Origin: an uncultured Chloroflexia bacterium
GTDB lineage: Bacteria > Chloroflexota > Anaerolineae > CG2-30-64-16
Assembly: GCA_963774265.1 (NCBI GenBank)
Contig: CAVZDU010000001.1
Coordinates: 800,001 to 864,000 of the forward strand
Direction: 5' to 3'
DNA: 64,000 nt
In this document: positions 20,488 to 32,337 of the stretch, piece after piece
Layout of the letters: each line of letters begins with the position of its first letter
Numbering within the stretch: position 1 is the first letter of the stretch
The notes under the pieces: generated by a model
Databases searched by the model: none
Told to the model about the DNA's origin: nothing
Seen by the model: only the letters and a program-made list of their open reading frames with translations
Program-made: the position numbers and the translations under genes

Positions 20488-20952
20488 GTGGCGAGGTGGA
20501 TTGCCGGGCAGTCGGGACAACCGAAGAAGCGTCGGTGTCGCGGGAAGAGCTTGACGGAGCTGCTGCGAGAGGTTGGGGAGGAGCGGGTCGCCTTCGAGGA
20601 CCGGGTGAAGGAGGGGGACTACGATTCACCCGTGGAAGTGAACATCATGACGCGGCGGGAGAGAATGGCCCGCGTGCTGTGGACGATGGCGTTGGAGGGG
20701 AACTTGCGGGCCATGCAGTTGCTGGCGGAGTACGCGGATGGGAAGCCGGTGCAGCCGGTGGCGGTGGCGATGGAGGCGCACTTCACGGCGGATGATTATG
20801 CGGCCGCGAGCATGCAGTTGGCGAGGTGGCGCGGATCTGCTGAACTAAGCTCGTTGGGGTTCAGGTCCGCCCGCCGGCGCCACGGTGGGCACAGGAAACC
20901 GCTCGTGCAGGGCGGTTTCCATCTTTCCGGGGCCAGTGGTATAGAATGGTGA
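20488..20952 (+). CDS. DUF5681-like, phage small-terminase-like protein
   Basis: GAGGAGG RBS; RWIAGQSGQPKKR resembles the F/WxPGQSGNPxGRP motif; ALEGNLRAMQLLAEYADGKPVQ; C-terminal tail may be run-on. Confidence 0.65.
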   Translation: MARWIAGQSGQPKKRRCRGKSLTELLREVGEERVAFEDRVKEGDYDSPVEVNIMTRRERMARVLWTMALEGNLRAMQLLAEYADGKPVQPVAVAMEAHFTADDYAAASMQLARWRGSAELSSLGFRSARRRHGGHRKPLVQGGFHLSGASGIEW

Positions 20953-20999
20953 TCCAAGATTCTAATTATCCGAGCGATAGCGAAGGGAGATCCTCATCG

Positions 21000-22229
21000 A
21001 TGGAACCATCCAGCTTCAGGGTCTACCGTTACCGGTGGATCGTGCTCCTTGCGTTTATGGCCGTCATCATCGTCAACCAGCTCCTCTGGATCACATTTGC
21101 CCCGATAACAGTTGAGGCCGCGAAATACTACGGCGTCTCGGACCTCGGCATCGGTCTACTGTCCCTGATCTTCATGGTTGTCTATATCGTCGTCTCGATT
21201 CCAGCATCCTGGACCATTGACACCTATGGAATCCGCGTCGGGGTGGGGATAGGCGCTGCCCTCACCGGCGTTTTTGGCTTGCTCCGGGGCGTGGTAGCCC
21301 AAAGCTACCCGCTGGTGCTTATTGCCCAGGTGGGAATTGCTGTTGGACAGCCATTCATTCTCAATGCGGTGACCACCGTGGCAGCGCGCTGGTTTCCGAT
21401 TGGAGAGCGGGCCACGGCCTCGGGTTTGGGGTCACTCGCCATTTACCTCGGCATCTTCGCTGGTTTGGCGCTGACTCCCTATCTCACGATTCACTCAAGC
21501 ATCGGTAGCGTGCTCGTGGCCTACGGGATCGTTTCCGTGATCGCCGCTGTTGTATTCTTTGGTTTCATCCGAGAGCGTCCCCCGACGCCTCCATCCTTCC
21601 GGGAGGAAACGGGGCGAGCCCTGGTTCTCGATGGCCTTAGGAGCAGCCTGCGCCACAGGGACTTCGTCCTGCTGCTGATCGTTTTCTTCGTGGGCCTGGG
21701 GGTGTTCAACGCGGTCACGACCTGGATCGAGGACATTGTGCGGCCGCGCGGCTTCTCGATCACGCAGGCCGGCGTCGCGGGCGGACTGATGATCGTCGGC
21801 GGCATCGTCGGCGCCCTGATTCTGCCGGCGCTATCTGACCGCCAGCGGCGCAGGATCCCGTTCCTGGTCGTGGCTCTGATCGGCGCGGCCGTGGGTCTTG
21901 CCGGCGTCACGGTTTCGGCGAGTTATCCGTTGCTGCTCGGCTCGGCCTTTGTGCTGGGTTTTTCCCTGTTGAGCGCTGGCCCGATCGGGTTCCAGTACGG
22001 CGCGGAGGTCACCTACCCGGTGCCAGAAGGCACATCGAACGGGCTGATCCTGCTCGCGGGGCAGATATCGGGGATCGCCTTCATCCTCGGCATGGACAGC
22101 CTCAAGTCTGCTGCGACCGGCTCCATGACGCGTCCCTTGATCGTCCTCATTGCGCTCATGATTCTGAGCGTGGTTCTCTGTACGAGACTTCGAGAAGCGG
22201 CGGCATTGCCCGTGACAACTGAGGTCTAG
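21000..22229 (+). CDS. MFS transporter (FLVCR-like)
   Basis: about 12 TM segments; VYRYRWIVL, WFPIGERATA, AEVTYPVPEG. Confidence 0.9.
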   Translation: MEPSSFRVYRYRWIVLLAFMAVIIVNQLLWITFAPITVEAAKYYGVSDLGIGLLSLIFMVVYIVVSIPASWTIDTYGIRVGVGIGAALTGVFGLLRGVVAQSYPLVLIAQVGIAVGQPFILNAVTTVAARWFPIGERATASGLGSLAIYLGIFAGLALTPYLTIHSSIGSVLVAYGIVSVIAAVVFFGFIRERPPTPPSFREETGRALVLDGLRSSLRHRDFVLLLIVFFVGLGVFNAVTTWIEDIVRPRGFSITQAGVAGGLMIVGGIVGALILPALSDRQRRRIPFLVVALIGAAVGLAGVTVSASYPLLLGSAFVLGFSLLSAGPIGFQYGAEVTYPVPEGTSNGLILLAGQISGIAFILGMDSLKSAATGSMTRPLIVLIALMILSVVLCTRLREAAALPVTTEV

Positions 22230-22338
22230 TTCTGCCCACATATCATCAGCGCCACCACCGTGGCAGTGCGCTTCGATGAAGCGGGGCGCCTCCGAACACT
22301 GGCGAGGGGACTCATGCAAGAAGAACTTATGACTCGTC

Positions 22339-23838
22339 CTAAATGGCGGAGATATTGGCCAACAAAACCCGATTGACGGCGTCTTTCCAACCGGCATACA
22401 GCCGGTTCCTCGAGGCATCATCCATCGCCGGCTCGTAACGCACCTGCGGCCGCGCAAGAGCGGCGATTTCTGCTTCCGAGGCCCACAGTCCCACGGTTAG
22501 TCCCGCCAAGTAGGCCGCGCCCAGCGCGGACACGTCGCTCGCCAGGCTGCGCAGCACCGGCACACCCAGGATGTCCGCCTGGAATTGCATCAATGCCTGG
22601 TTGCGGGTGGGACCGCCATCCACCAGGAGCACCTGCAGCGGCGTTCCTGCCTCCGCCTGCATCGTTTCAAAAACGTCCCGGATCTGGTAAGCGATCGATT
22701 CTTGGGTCGCCCGGGCCACCTGCGCCGCGGTCGAGCCGCGGGTGAGACCGGTGATCAGACCGCGTGCCGCGTCCTTCCAGTAGGGCGCGCCCAGGCCGGC
22801 CAACGCCGGGACGAAATAGACCCCGCCGTTGTCCTCGGCTTGTGAAGCGAGCGCTTCCACCTTTTCGGGCGCGCCCAGCCCTAAGAAATCCGCAAGCCAG
22901 TGGACGGCCGCGCCGGTGACATAGATATTGCCTTCCAGGGCGTACTTCACCTGCTGGTATCCCCAGGCAATACTGGAAGACAGCCCCTTCTCGGAGAAGA
23001 TCCTGGCGGAGGTCGGCGTCATCAGCGAGGAGCCGGTGCCGTAGGTGGCTTTGATGGCGCCGGGTTGGAAGCCGGCGTGACCGTATAGGGCGGCATGGGA
23101 ATCGCCGATCAATGAACCAATCGGCACGCCCGCCGGAATCCCTGGCAAATTCACGGTCTCGCCATAGAGGGCGCTGGATAATCTCACTTCGGGCAGGGCC
23201 GCGGACGGGATGTCAAAGATGCTCAGCAGCGCCTCGTCCCAAACCAGGGTTTGCAGGTTGAACAACTGGGTGCGCGACGCGTTGGTCACGTCGCAAGCAT
23301 GGATCGCGCCGCCCGTCAGATTCCACAACAGCCAGGCATCCACCGTGCCCAGGAGAATCTCTCCCGCGTGGGCGCGCAGCTGACCGTCAGGAATACTCTC
23401 CAGCAGCCAGCGGGCCTTACTGGCCGAAAACATGGGATCAACGGTCAATCCGGTCAGGCGATAGATCGTATCGGTCAGGCCGCGCTCGCGCAGCTCGGCG
23501 CAAAAGGGCGCGCTGCGATGGCATTGCCAGGTGATGCACGGGCCGAGCGGCTGGCCCGTGGCGCGCTCCCAGGCCAGCACGGATTCGCGCTGGTTGGTGA
23601 TAGCCAACGCGGCCACCTGTCCGGCGGGCACGTCTTCCAAGACCTGGGCCGCGGCCGCCAGTGACGTCCGCCAGATCTCCCAGGCATCTTGCTCGACCCA
23701 GGCCGGCTGGGGATAGGTGATGGAGACCGGGCGCGAGGCCTGGCGGACGATGCTGCCCGCCTCGTCCACCAGGAAGGCTTTCGTGTTGGTGGTGCCCTCG
23801 TCAAGGGCGAGGATGAACTTCCGGTTGGACGTGCTCAT
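22339..23838 (-). CDS. FGGY carbohydrate kinase, glycerol-kinase-like (probable apulose kinase)
   Basis: LALDEGTT, ITNQRES, DVTNASRTQLFN, GDSHAALYG; cotranscribed with a split transketolase. Confidence 0.85.
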   Translation of the reverse strand: MSTSNRKFILALDEGTTNTKAFLVDEAGSIVRQASRPVSITYPQPAWVEQDAWEIWRTSLAAAAQVLEDVPAGQVAALAITNQRESVLAWERATGQPLGPCITWQCHRSAPFCAELRERGLTDTIYRLTGLTVDPMFSASKARWLLESIPDGQLRAHAGEILLGTVDAWLLWNLTGGAIHACDVTNASRTQLFNLQTLVWDEALLSIFDIPSAALPEVRLSSALYGETVNLPGIPAGVPIGSLIGDSHAALYGHAGFQPGAIKATYGTGSSLMTPTSARIFSEKGLSSSIAWGYQQVKYALEGNIYVTGAAVHWLADFLGLGAPEKVEALASQAEDNGGVYFVPALAGLGAPYWKDAARGLITGLTRGSTAAQVARATQESIAYQIRDVFETMQAEAGTPLQVLLVDGGPTRNQALMQFQADILGVPVLRSLASDVSALGAAYLAGLTVGLWASEAEIAALARPQVRYEPAMDDASRNRLYAGWKDAVNRVLLANISAI

Positions 23839-24784
23839 GATTCTCGCTTGCGCAGCAGCAACTGACGGGCTGTCTCTGCCAGGCCGTCAGGCGAAATGCC
23901 ATAATGGTTGAAGATTTCTTTCTGGGAACCGGAGACCATGTGCTCATCCGGGAAACCGACAATCTTGAAGGGCAGACCGGCGCCTTGCTGCATCAAGACG
24001 GCCGCGCACGCCTCACCTAGCCCACCGAAAATGCTGTGTTCCTCAACCGTAATGATCGCCCCGGTTTCCTGGGCGGCCTTGCGCACGGCTTCTTCGTCCA
24101 AGGGCTTGATGGTGTGCATGCTCAAGACCCGGCACGTTACCCCTTCGGGGGCCAACTGCTGGGCCGCGGCAACCGCAATCGAGACGGTTTCACCACAGGC
24201 GATAAAGGTCAGATCCCGCCGTCCTGGATTTGAGCCGCCCTCCCGATGGTGAAGCTGCTGCCCTCGGCATGCACGTGCGGTATCGCTGCCTTGCCCAGGC
24301 GCACGTAGACCGGATGGGCCGCGTTATGGATGGCCTTGATCGTCTCCCGGGTCTCGAAGTTATCGGCCGGGGCAATGATCGTGATGTTATGAATGGCGCG
24401 CAGGGCGGCGAAATCATGCAGCGAGTGGTGGGTGGCGCCCAACGCGCCGTAACTCACCCCCGCGCTGATCCCGATGATTCGCACCGGTTGATCGGAGTAC
24501 GCGACGTCGTTCTTGATCTGCTCGAAGCTGCGGGCGGTGATGAAACAGGCCGGCGAGGCCGCGAAGACCTTCTTCCCGGCGGAAGCCAAACCGGCCGAGA
24601 TGCCGATCACGTTTTGTTCGGCGATGCCGAGCTCTACGATTTGGTCCGGCAGGGTCTCGCCAAAGTGAGTCAGCTTTCCTGAACCACGCGAGTCACTGGT
24701 GACCACCAGCACGTCGCGATCCTGACTGGCAAGCTCCAGGAGGGTCTCCGCGAAGACATCCAGGTTAGCGCGTCCCAGGTCCAT
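23835..24784 (-). CDS. transketolase C-terminal subunit (AptB-like; frameshift near 24215)
   Basis: ELGIAEQN, GATHHSLHD, TIKPLD, TVEEHSIFGGLG. Confidence 0.88.
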
Positions 24785-24786
24785 GA

Positions 24787-25623
24787 TTACCTTCCTTCAT
24801 CCAATTCGTAGTCGAAGGTCAATTCACGCAGGGCGCTATCGTATTCCTCATCGCTCGGAACCCGATGGTGCCATTTCACGGAATTCTCGATGAAACTGAT
24901 GCCCTTGCCTTTGATGGTGTGGGCGAGCACCAGGTTGGGCTTGCCGGCTTCGAAGGGCACCTGGTCGAAAACCTCCACCAGCGCCTGCGTATTGTTGCCG
25001 TCCACCTCACGCACGGCATACCCAAAGGCGCGGAATTTGTCGCCCAACGGCTCGAGTGGGTTGATCTTCTCCGTCGGGCCGGTGATTTGCAGCCCATTCC
25101 GATCGATGATCACGGTCAGATTGTCCAGGTGGTAATGGGAGGCGGCCAGCGAGGCTTCCCAATTAGATCCCTCATCCAACTCGCCGTCTCCCAGGAGCGT
25201 AAAGACGCGATAGCTGCGTCCATCCAGCTTGGCGGCCAGCGCCATGCCCACCGCGACCGCCAGGCCGTGACCGAGCGCGCCCGTGTTCTGTTCGATGCCG
25301 GGCACGTCGCGGGTGGGATGACCGATGAAGTGCGATTGGTACTTGCCAAGCGTATCCAGCTCTTCCGGCGGGAAGAAGCCCCGATCGGCCAGCACCGTGT
25401 ACAGGGCCTCGACGCAGTGCCCTTTGCTCTGCACGTAGCGGTCGCGATTCGGATCGGCGAAAGTGGCGGGGGAGACGTTCAGAACATTGTTGTAAAGCAC
25501 GTTGAGGATATCGACGGAGGACAAGTCTCCCCCCGTATGGCCGGCGCGGGCCTGCTTGATGATGCGCAGAATGGTCTTACGATATTCGATGGCCTTCAGT
25601 TTGAGTTCTGGATCGGTCAACAT
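24787..25623 (-). CDS. transketolase N-terminal subunit (AptA-like)
   Basis: GHTGGDLS, SKGH, TPP motif LGDGELDEGSNWEA, TIKGKG. Confidence 0.92.
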   Translation of the reverse strand: MLTDPELKLKAIEYRKTILRIIKQARAGHTGGDLSSVDILNVLYNNVLNVSPATFADPNRDRYVQSKGHCVEALYTVLADRGFFPPEELDTLGKYQSHFIGHPTRDVPGIEQNTGALGHGLAVAVGMALAAKLDGRSYRVFTLLGDGELDEGSNWEASLAASHYHLDNLTVIIDRNGLQITGPTEKINPLEPLGDKFRAFGYAVREVDGNNTQALVEVFDQVPFEAGKPNLVLAHTIKGKGISFIENSVKWHHRVPSDEEYDSALRELTFDYELDEGR

Positions 25624-25654
25624 AGCCTGTTTCCTCATCGAGGAGTTGGTTGAT

Positions 25655-25835
25655 TGCATAATTATGCAGTGCTGCGTTTTTATTACCAACACGCAAAGCA
25701 TACCACCAACAGCGAGTCTTTGTCAAGTGCCTTCTTCGTTTCCTTGTGAGCTTTTTAAGGTTAGCCTATTGACAGCGGTCTAAAACCGTGTTATATTCGC
25801 AATTGAATATATTTTGTCCTTAGAATAAATATTCA
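25655..25835. promoter_or_regulatory. divergent promoters with related palindromic operators
   Basis: + strand TTGACA(25769)-17-TATATT; - strand TTGACA(25726)-18-TATGCT; TGCATAATTATGCA (25655-25668) and AGAATAAATATTCA (25822-25835). Confidence 0.65.
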
Positions 25836-25849
25836 AAGGGATCAGCCAC

Positions 25850-26557
25850 ATGAAATCGAGAAAAATCTTCATCACCCTGGCGTGCCTGGTCGTTCTTCTC
25901 GTGGTGGGCTATTTCGGCTGGCCCGCCGCCTTCACGGTTGTCCCCATCGCCCAGGTGGAGCAACAGAAGCTCAGTGAAGCCTTTGACCCCGTCAAGTACG
26001 TCGATGGCGTCTGGGATAGCCAGGTCCTCCCCACGATCAATACGAAAGCGGTCAACCTGACCGACGTCTTGAACGCCATGCAGCCCAATGCCGAAGGGCT
26101 TGCCGTCAAGGCTGACTTGATCAAGGTGGCGAACAAGTATGGACTGATCACCGTCGGCGAGGCGCACGTCTACCTGGTAAAAGGCGAGGCCAAGGTCGTC
26201 TCGCTCGACACCAAGACCAGCCTGGGCGTGATGGAAATCCAACCCAGCGGCTACAACGGCCCAATCAAGGTGCTCGTTTATGTGGGCCCACGCATCCCCA
26301 GCGACGAGACCTCGGTGCGGGATGGCGTCGGTTTCATCAATTTCGGCGATTTCAAGGAACAGACCGAGTTCGGCAAGGTTGGCGCGGAAATCAACAAGCG
26401 CGTTCTGGCCCAGGCCTATGCCTCCGCGGACAGAGAACAACTCGTCGGTAAAACAATCACTTTCTCGGGCGCCATGACCATCCGCACGTTCAACCTGGTC
26501 AACATCGATCTGAAGAAGGTCACGATCGTTCCGGTCAAGGTCGAAGTAAAGGGGTAA
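25850..26557 (+). CDS. DUF2291 family protein associated with sugar ABC transporters
   Basis: AFDPVKYVDGVW, TSVRDGVGFINFGDFKEQTEFG. Confidence 0.8.
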   Translation: MKSRKIFITLACLVVLLVVGYFGWPAAFTVVPIAQVEQQKLSEAFDPVKYVDGVWDSQVLPTINTKAVNLTDVLNAMQPNAEGLAVKADLIKVANKYGLITVGEAHVYLVKGEAKVVSLDTKTSLGVMEIQPSGYNGPIKVLVYVGPRIPSDETSVRDGVGFINFGDFKEQTEFGKVGAEINKRVLAQAYASADREQLVGKTITFSGAMTIRTFNLVNIDLKKVTIVPVKVEVKG

Positions 26558-26561
26558 GGCA

Positions 26562-28169
26562 ATGAATCAGCAGGCGCCAGTGATGCCAGCACCCGAATTG
26601 GGCACCAGTCCCGACCCGGTTGTTCTCCGAGCGGAGAATATCACTAAGGTCTATCCCGGCACCATCGCCCTGGACAACGTCGATTTCAATGTCTACCGCG
26701 GCAAGGTCAATGTCCTCGTCGGCGAGAATGGCGCGGGAAAGTCGACCCTGATGAAGATCCTGGCCGGCGTGGAGCGGCCCAGCTCGGGACGCATCTTCCT
26801 GGAAGACAAGGAAATCCAGATCCAGAATATTGCGGATGCCACCTCACACGGGATCGGCATCATCTTCCAGGAGATGACCTTGTGCCCGAACCTGAGCGTG
26901 GTCGAAAACATTTATCTGGCCCGCGAAGTCACCCAGCGTGGCGTAGTCATCGACCAGAAAACGCAGAAGGAGCACACCCGCGAACTGGTGCGCCGCCTGG
27001 AACAACATATTGACCCGGACACCCTGGTCGGTGATCTACGCATCGGCCAGCAGCAGACTATTGAAATCGCCAGGGCTTTGGCGCAGGACGTTCGCATCCT
27101 GATCATGGATGAACCCACCTCGGCGCTGAGCACCGCGGAGGTCGCCGTGCTCTTCCGCGTGATCAACGAGCTGAAGAACCGCGGCGTCTCGATCATCTAC
27201 ATCTCGCATAAGCTGGATGAACTCCTCCAGATCGGCGATTACGTCACGGTTCTGCGCGATGGTCGTCTGGTGGAAACCGCCCGCGCGCAAGACATCTCGG
27301 TCCCCTGGATCATCGAAAAAATGGTCGGCAAGAATCCGGCGGCGTTTTTTTCCCGCAAGGAACAGTACGTCGGCGATGTCCTGATGAAGGTGGAAGAGCT
27401 GACCCTACCCCGCCCCGGCGGCGGTTATATCGTCGATCACGTGTCGTTCGACCTGCATGCCGGCGAAATCCTGGGCCTCTATGGCCTGATGGGCGCCGGA
27501 CGCTCCGACCTCGTGGACTGCCTCGCCGGGGCTCGCCCTGAAGCCAGCGGGAAGATCTGGCTCAACGATCAACCCGTGTTGGGCGCCACAGTCTCTGACC
27601 GGATCAAGAATGGGATTGTGCTGGTTCCGGAAGATCGCCAGCGCGAAGGCCTGGTGCAGACCATGTCGGTCACCGACAACATTTTGCTGGCCAGCCTGAA
27701 TCGTTACATGACCGGCTTCTTCCTGGCGTCCAAGAAAGAGAAGACGGCGGTCAAGGGAATGGTGAAAGACTTATCGATCCGCGTGGCCAATGTCGGCCAA
27801 CCCATCACCAGCCTCAGTGGCGGCAACCAACAAAAGTGCGTGGTGGCCAAGGCGCTGCTGACGTCGCCCAGGGTGCTGATGCTGGATGAGCCCACCCGCG
27901 GCATCGACGTCGGTGCGAAATCCGAAATCTTCGAAATCACCACCCGCCTGGCTCAACAAGGTTACGGTGTCATCTTCATCTCTACCGAATTGAAAGAAGT
28001 CCTGGCCATGTCCGATCGCATCCTCGTGATGTCGAAGGGCGCGATCACCGGGGAATTCAGTCGTGAGGAAGCTACCGAAGAGAAATTAGTCGCCGCATCG
28101 GCGATTGGTCACGGACTGGCAGCCAAAGCCGATCACAATGGAGGAGCCACGAACGATGGACACAACTAA
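26562..28169 (+). CDS. CUT2 sugar ABC transporter ATP-binding protein
   Basis: GENGAGKSTLMKIL, MDEPTSALS, LSGGNQQK, LDEPTRGIDVGAK. Confidence 0.97.
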   Translation: MNQQAPVMPAPELGTSPDPVVLRAENITKVYPGTIALDNVDFNVYRGKVNVLVGENGAGKSTLMKILAGVERPSSGRIFLEDKEIQIQNIADATSHGIGIIFQEMTLCPNLSVVENIYLAREVTQRGVVIDQKTQKEHTRELVRRLEQHIDPDTLVGDLRIGQQQTIEIARALAQDVRILIMDEPTSALSTAEVAVLFRVINELKNRGVSIIYISHKLDELLQIGDYVTVLRDGRLVETARAQDISVPWIIEKMVGKNPAAFFSRKEQYVGDVLMKVEELTLPRPGGGYIVDHVSFDLHAGEILGLYGLMGAGRSDLVDCLAGARPEASGKIWLNDQPVLGATVSDRIKNGIVLVPEDRQREGLVQTMSVTDNILLASLNRYMTGFFLASKKEKTAVKGMVKDLSIRVANVGQPITSLSGGNQQKCVVAKALLTSPRVLMLDEPTRGIDVGAKSEIFEITTRLAQQGYGVIFISTELKEVLAMSDRILVMSKGAITGEFSREEATEEKLVAASAIGHGLAAKADHNGGATNDGHN

Positions 28170-29232
28170 TGCCGTTCCGGCAAGGAAGTCGCGCCGCTTC
28201 ACCAGGACAGACGCCCTACAGTTCCTGTTGCGCGGCCGGGCCTTTATTGCCCTGATCCTGGTCGTTGCATATTTTGCCGCCACCCTCTGGCCGCAGTTTC
28301 TGAGCGGTGAGAATATCCAGATTGTCTCGAAGCACGTCGCTCAGAACGCCCTGCTGGCCATCGGCATGACCTTTGTGATCTTGACCGGCGGCATCGATCT
28401 TTCGGTCGGCTCGATCGTTGGCCTCACCGCGATGATTGCCGGCATGTTGATCAACAACGGCATTGCCATCCCGGCTCTAGGAATTATCGTCTACCCCCAC
28501 ACCTGGATGATCCTGGTGATCTCGACTGTGATTGCCACGCTGATGGGGATGGTTAATGGTTTTGTGATCACCCGGTTTAATGTAGCCCCATTTATCGCTA
28601 CCCTGGGTACGATGTATATTGCCCGCGGTTTCGCCGGGCTGCTTAACAACGGCTACACCTTCCCGAACCTGGTCGGCCGGCCCGAACTGGGTAACACCGG
28701 CTTCGAAAAGCTGGGCGCCGGAGAATTCCTGGGCATGAATTACTCGATCTGGATGATGATTGTGTTCGCCCTGGTTGCCTGGTTCATCACCACCCGCACA
28801 CCCTTCGGCCGCCATGTCTACGCCATCGGCGGCAACGAGCGCTCAGCCGAGCTTTCGGGCGTGCGCATCAAGCGCACCAAGGTGTTCGTGTACATGATCA
28901 GCGGCTTCTTCTGCGCTCTTGTCGGCCTGATCATTGCGTCCCAGTTGGTGGCCGCTCACCCCGCGACCGGGAATAGCTTTGAGTTAACCGCCATTGCCGC
29001 CGTCGTGCTGGGCGGCACCTCCCTGGCAGGTGGTCGTGGCAGCATCGGCGGCACGCTGATCGGCGCCTTCGTCATCGGCGTCCTGAGCGATGGCCTCGTG
29101 ATGTCCAATGTCTCCTCTTTCTGGCAAATGGTGATCAAAGGCACCGTAATCGTCCTGGCAGTCGTTATCGACCAGGTGCAGGCGCGGATGCAAGCGCGCA
29201 TCGCCTTGCAGCAGCAACAAGAAATGAGATAG
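28156..29232 (+). CDS. CUT2 sugar ABC transporter permease
   Basis: GMTFVILTGGIDLSVGS, YAIGGNERSAELSG, IAAVVLGGTSLAGGRG. Confidence 0.97.
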   Translation: MDTTNAVPARKSRRFTRTDALQFLLRGRAFIALILVVAYFAATLWPQFLSGENIQIVSKHVAQNALLAIGMTFVILTGGIDLSVGSIVGLTAMIAGMLINNGIAIPALGIIVYPHTWMILVISTVIATLMGMVNGFVITRFNVAPFIATLGTMYIARGFAGLLNNGYTFPNLVGRPELGNTGFEKLGAGEFLGMNYSIWMMIVFALVAWFITTRTPFGRHVYAIGGNERSAELSGVRIKRTKVFVYMISGFFCALVGLIIASQLVAAHPATGNSFELTAIAAVVLGGTSLAGGRGSIGGTLIGAFVIGVLSDGLVMSNVSSFWQMVIKGTVIVLAVVIDQVQARMQARIALQQQQEMR

Positions 29233-29346
29233 GGGCGGTAACCCTGAGGAGGTGAACTCGACGAAAATGGCTCAATGACGAAAGCGTCCGTCGCACACCC
29301 GATACTCGATTGTGAGTCCAATCCAAGCATATTCAAGGAGAGAAAG

Positions 29347-31304
<1,958 letters not shown>

Positions 31305-31380
31305 TCTGACGGCTCGACAGGGTGGCGGATACTCTCCGCCACCCTGTGTCAACCCTGCGTCCTGATCGAGGTGGTGAGCT

Positions 31381-32313
31381 GTGGCCAGAATCGTTGTTGT
31401 GGGCAGCTTCAACATGGACCTGGTGGTGCGCATGCCCGTCATTCCGAAGCCGGGCGAGACCTTGCTTGGCGGGGTGTTTGCCACCTACCCGGGCGGCAAA
31501 GGCGCGAACCAGGCCGTGGCCGCTGCCCGCCTGGGCGGCGAAGTCACCATGATCGGCCGTGTTGGCGCCGATGCCTTCGGCGATCAACTCCTGACCATGG
31601 CCCGCTCGGAAGGCATCGACACCCGCTTCGTGGGTATCGACCCACATGCGGCCACCGGCGTCGCCCTCATTGAGGTGGACGCCCAGGGGCAAAACAGCAT
31701 CGCGGTCGCTTCCGGCGCCAACTTCACGCTCACCGCCGCCGACGTTGCCGCGGCCTTTGCTCAGATCGAGCGGGTCGATCTGGTGGTCATGCCGCTGGAA
31801 ACCCCCATGGACACGATCGTGACCGCTGCCGAGCTGGCCCGCAAGGCCGGGGCGCGCGTCGTGTTGAACCCGGCGCCTGCCCAACATCTTGCCCCCGAGT
31901 TACTGAGAAACGTTGACGTGCTCATTCCCAACGAACATGAAGCGGCCTTCTTGACCGGAGCAGCGAAATTCATTCAGCGCAAGACGCCCACCAGGCTGCC
32001 GCGCAGTTGCTTCGTTCCGGGCCAGGCAGCGTGATCGTCACCCTGGGCAGCCAGGGTACTTTGATCGCCGAGGCCACCGCGCCAGAACCGACTTATACGC
32101 GGGCCGTCTGCCTTTCCGGTCAAGGCCGTGGACACCACTGCCGCCGGCGATGGCTTTGTCGGCGGACTGGCCGTGGCTCTCGGCGAAGGCTGCTCCTTGC
32201 CCGCGGCCGCTCGTTTTGCCAGCGCTGCCGCGGCCATCTCGGTCACCCGCTTCGGCGCCCAGCCCTCCCTGCCCACCCGCGGCGAAGTCGAAGAATTTTT
32301 GAGCATGCTGTAA
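31381..32313 (+). CDS. rbsK: ribokinase (PfkB family; several frameshifts in 31960-32110)
   Basis: VVGSFNMDLV, GGKGANQAVAAARLG, DTTAAGDGFVGG. Confidence 0.8.
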
Positions 32314-32337
32314 TTGGAATATCAAGGAGAACCACGT

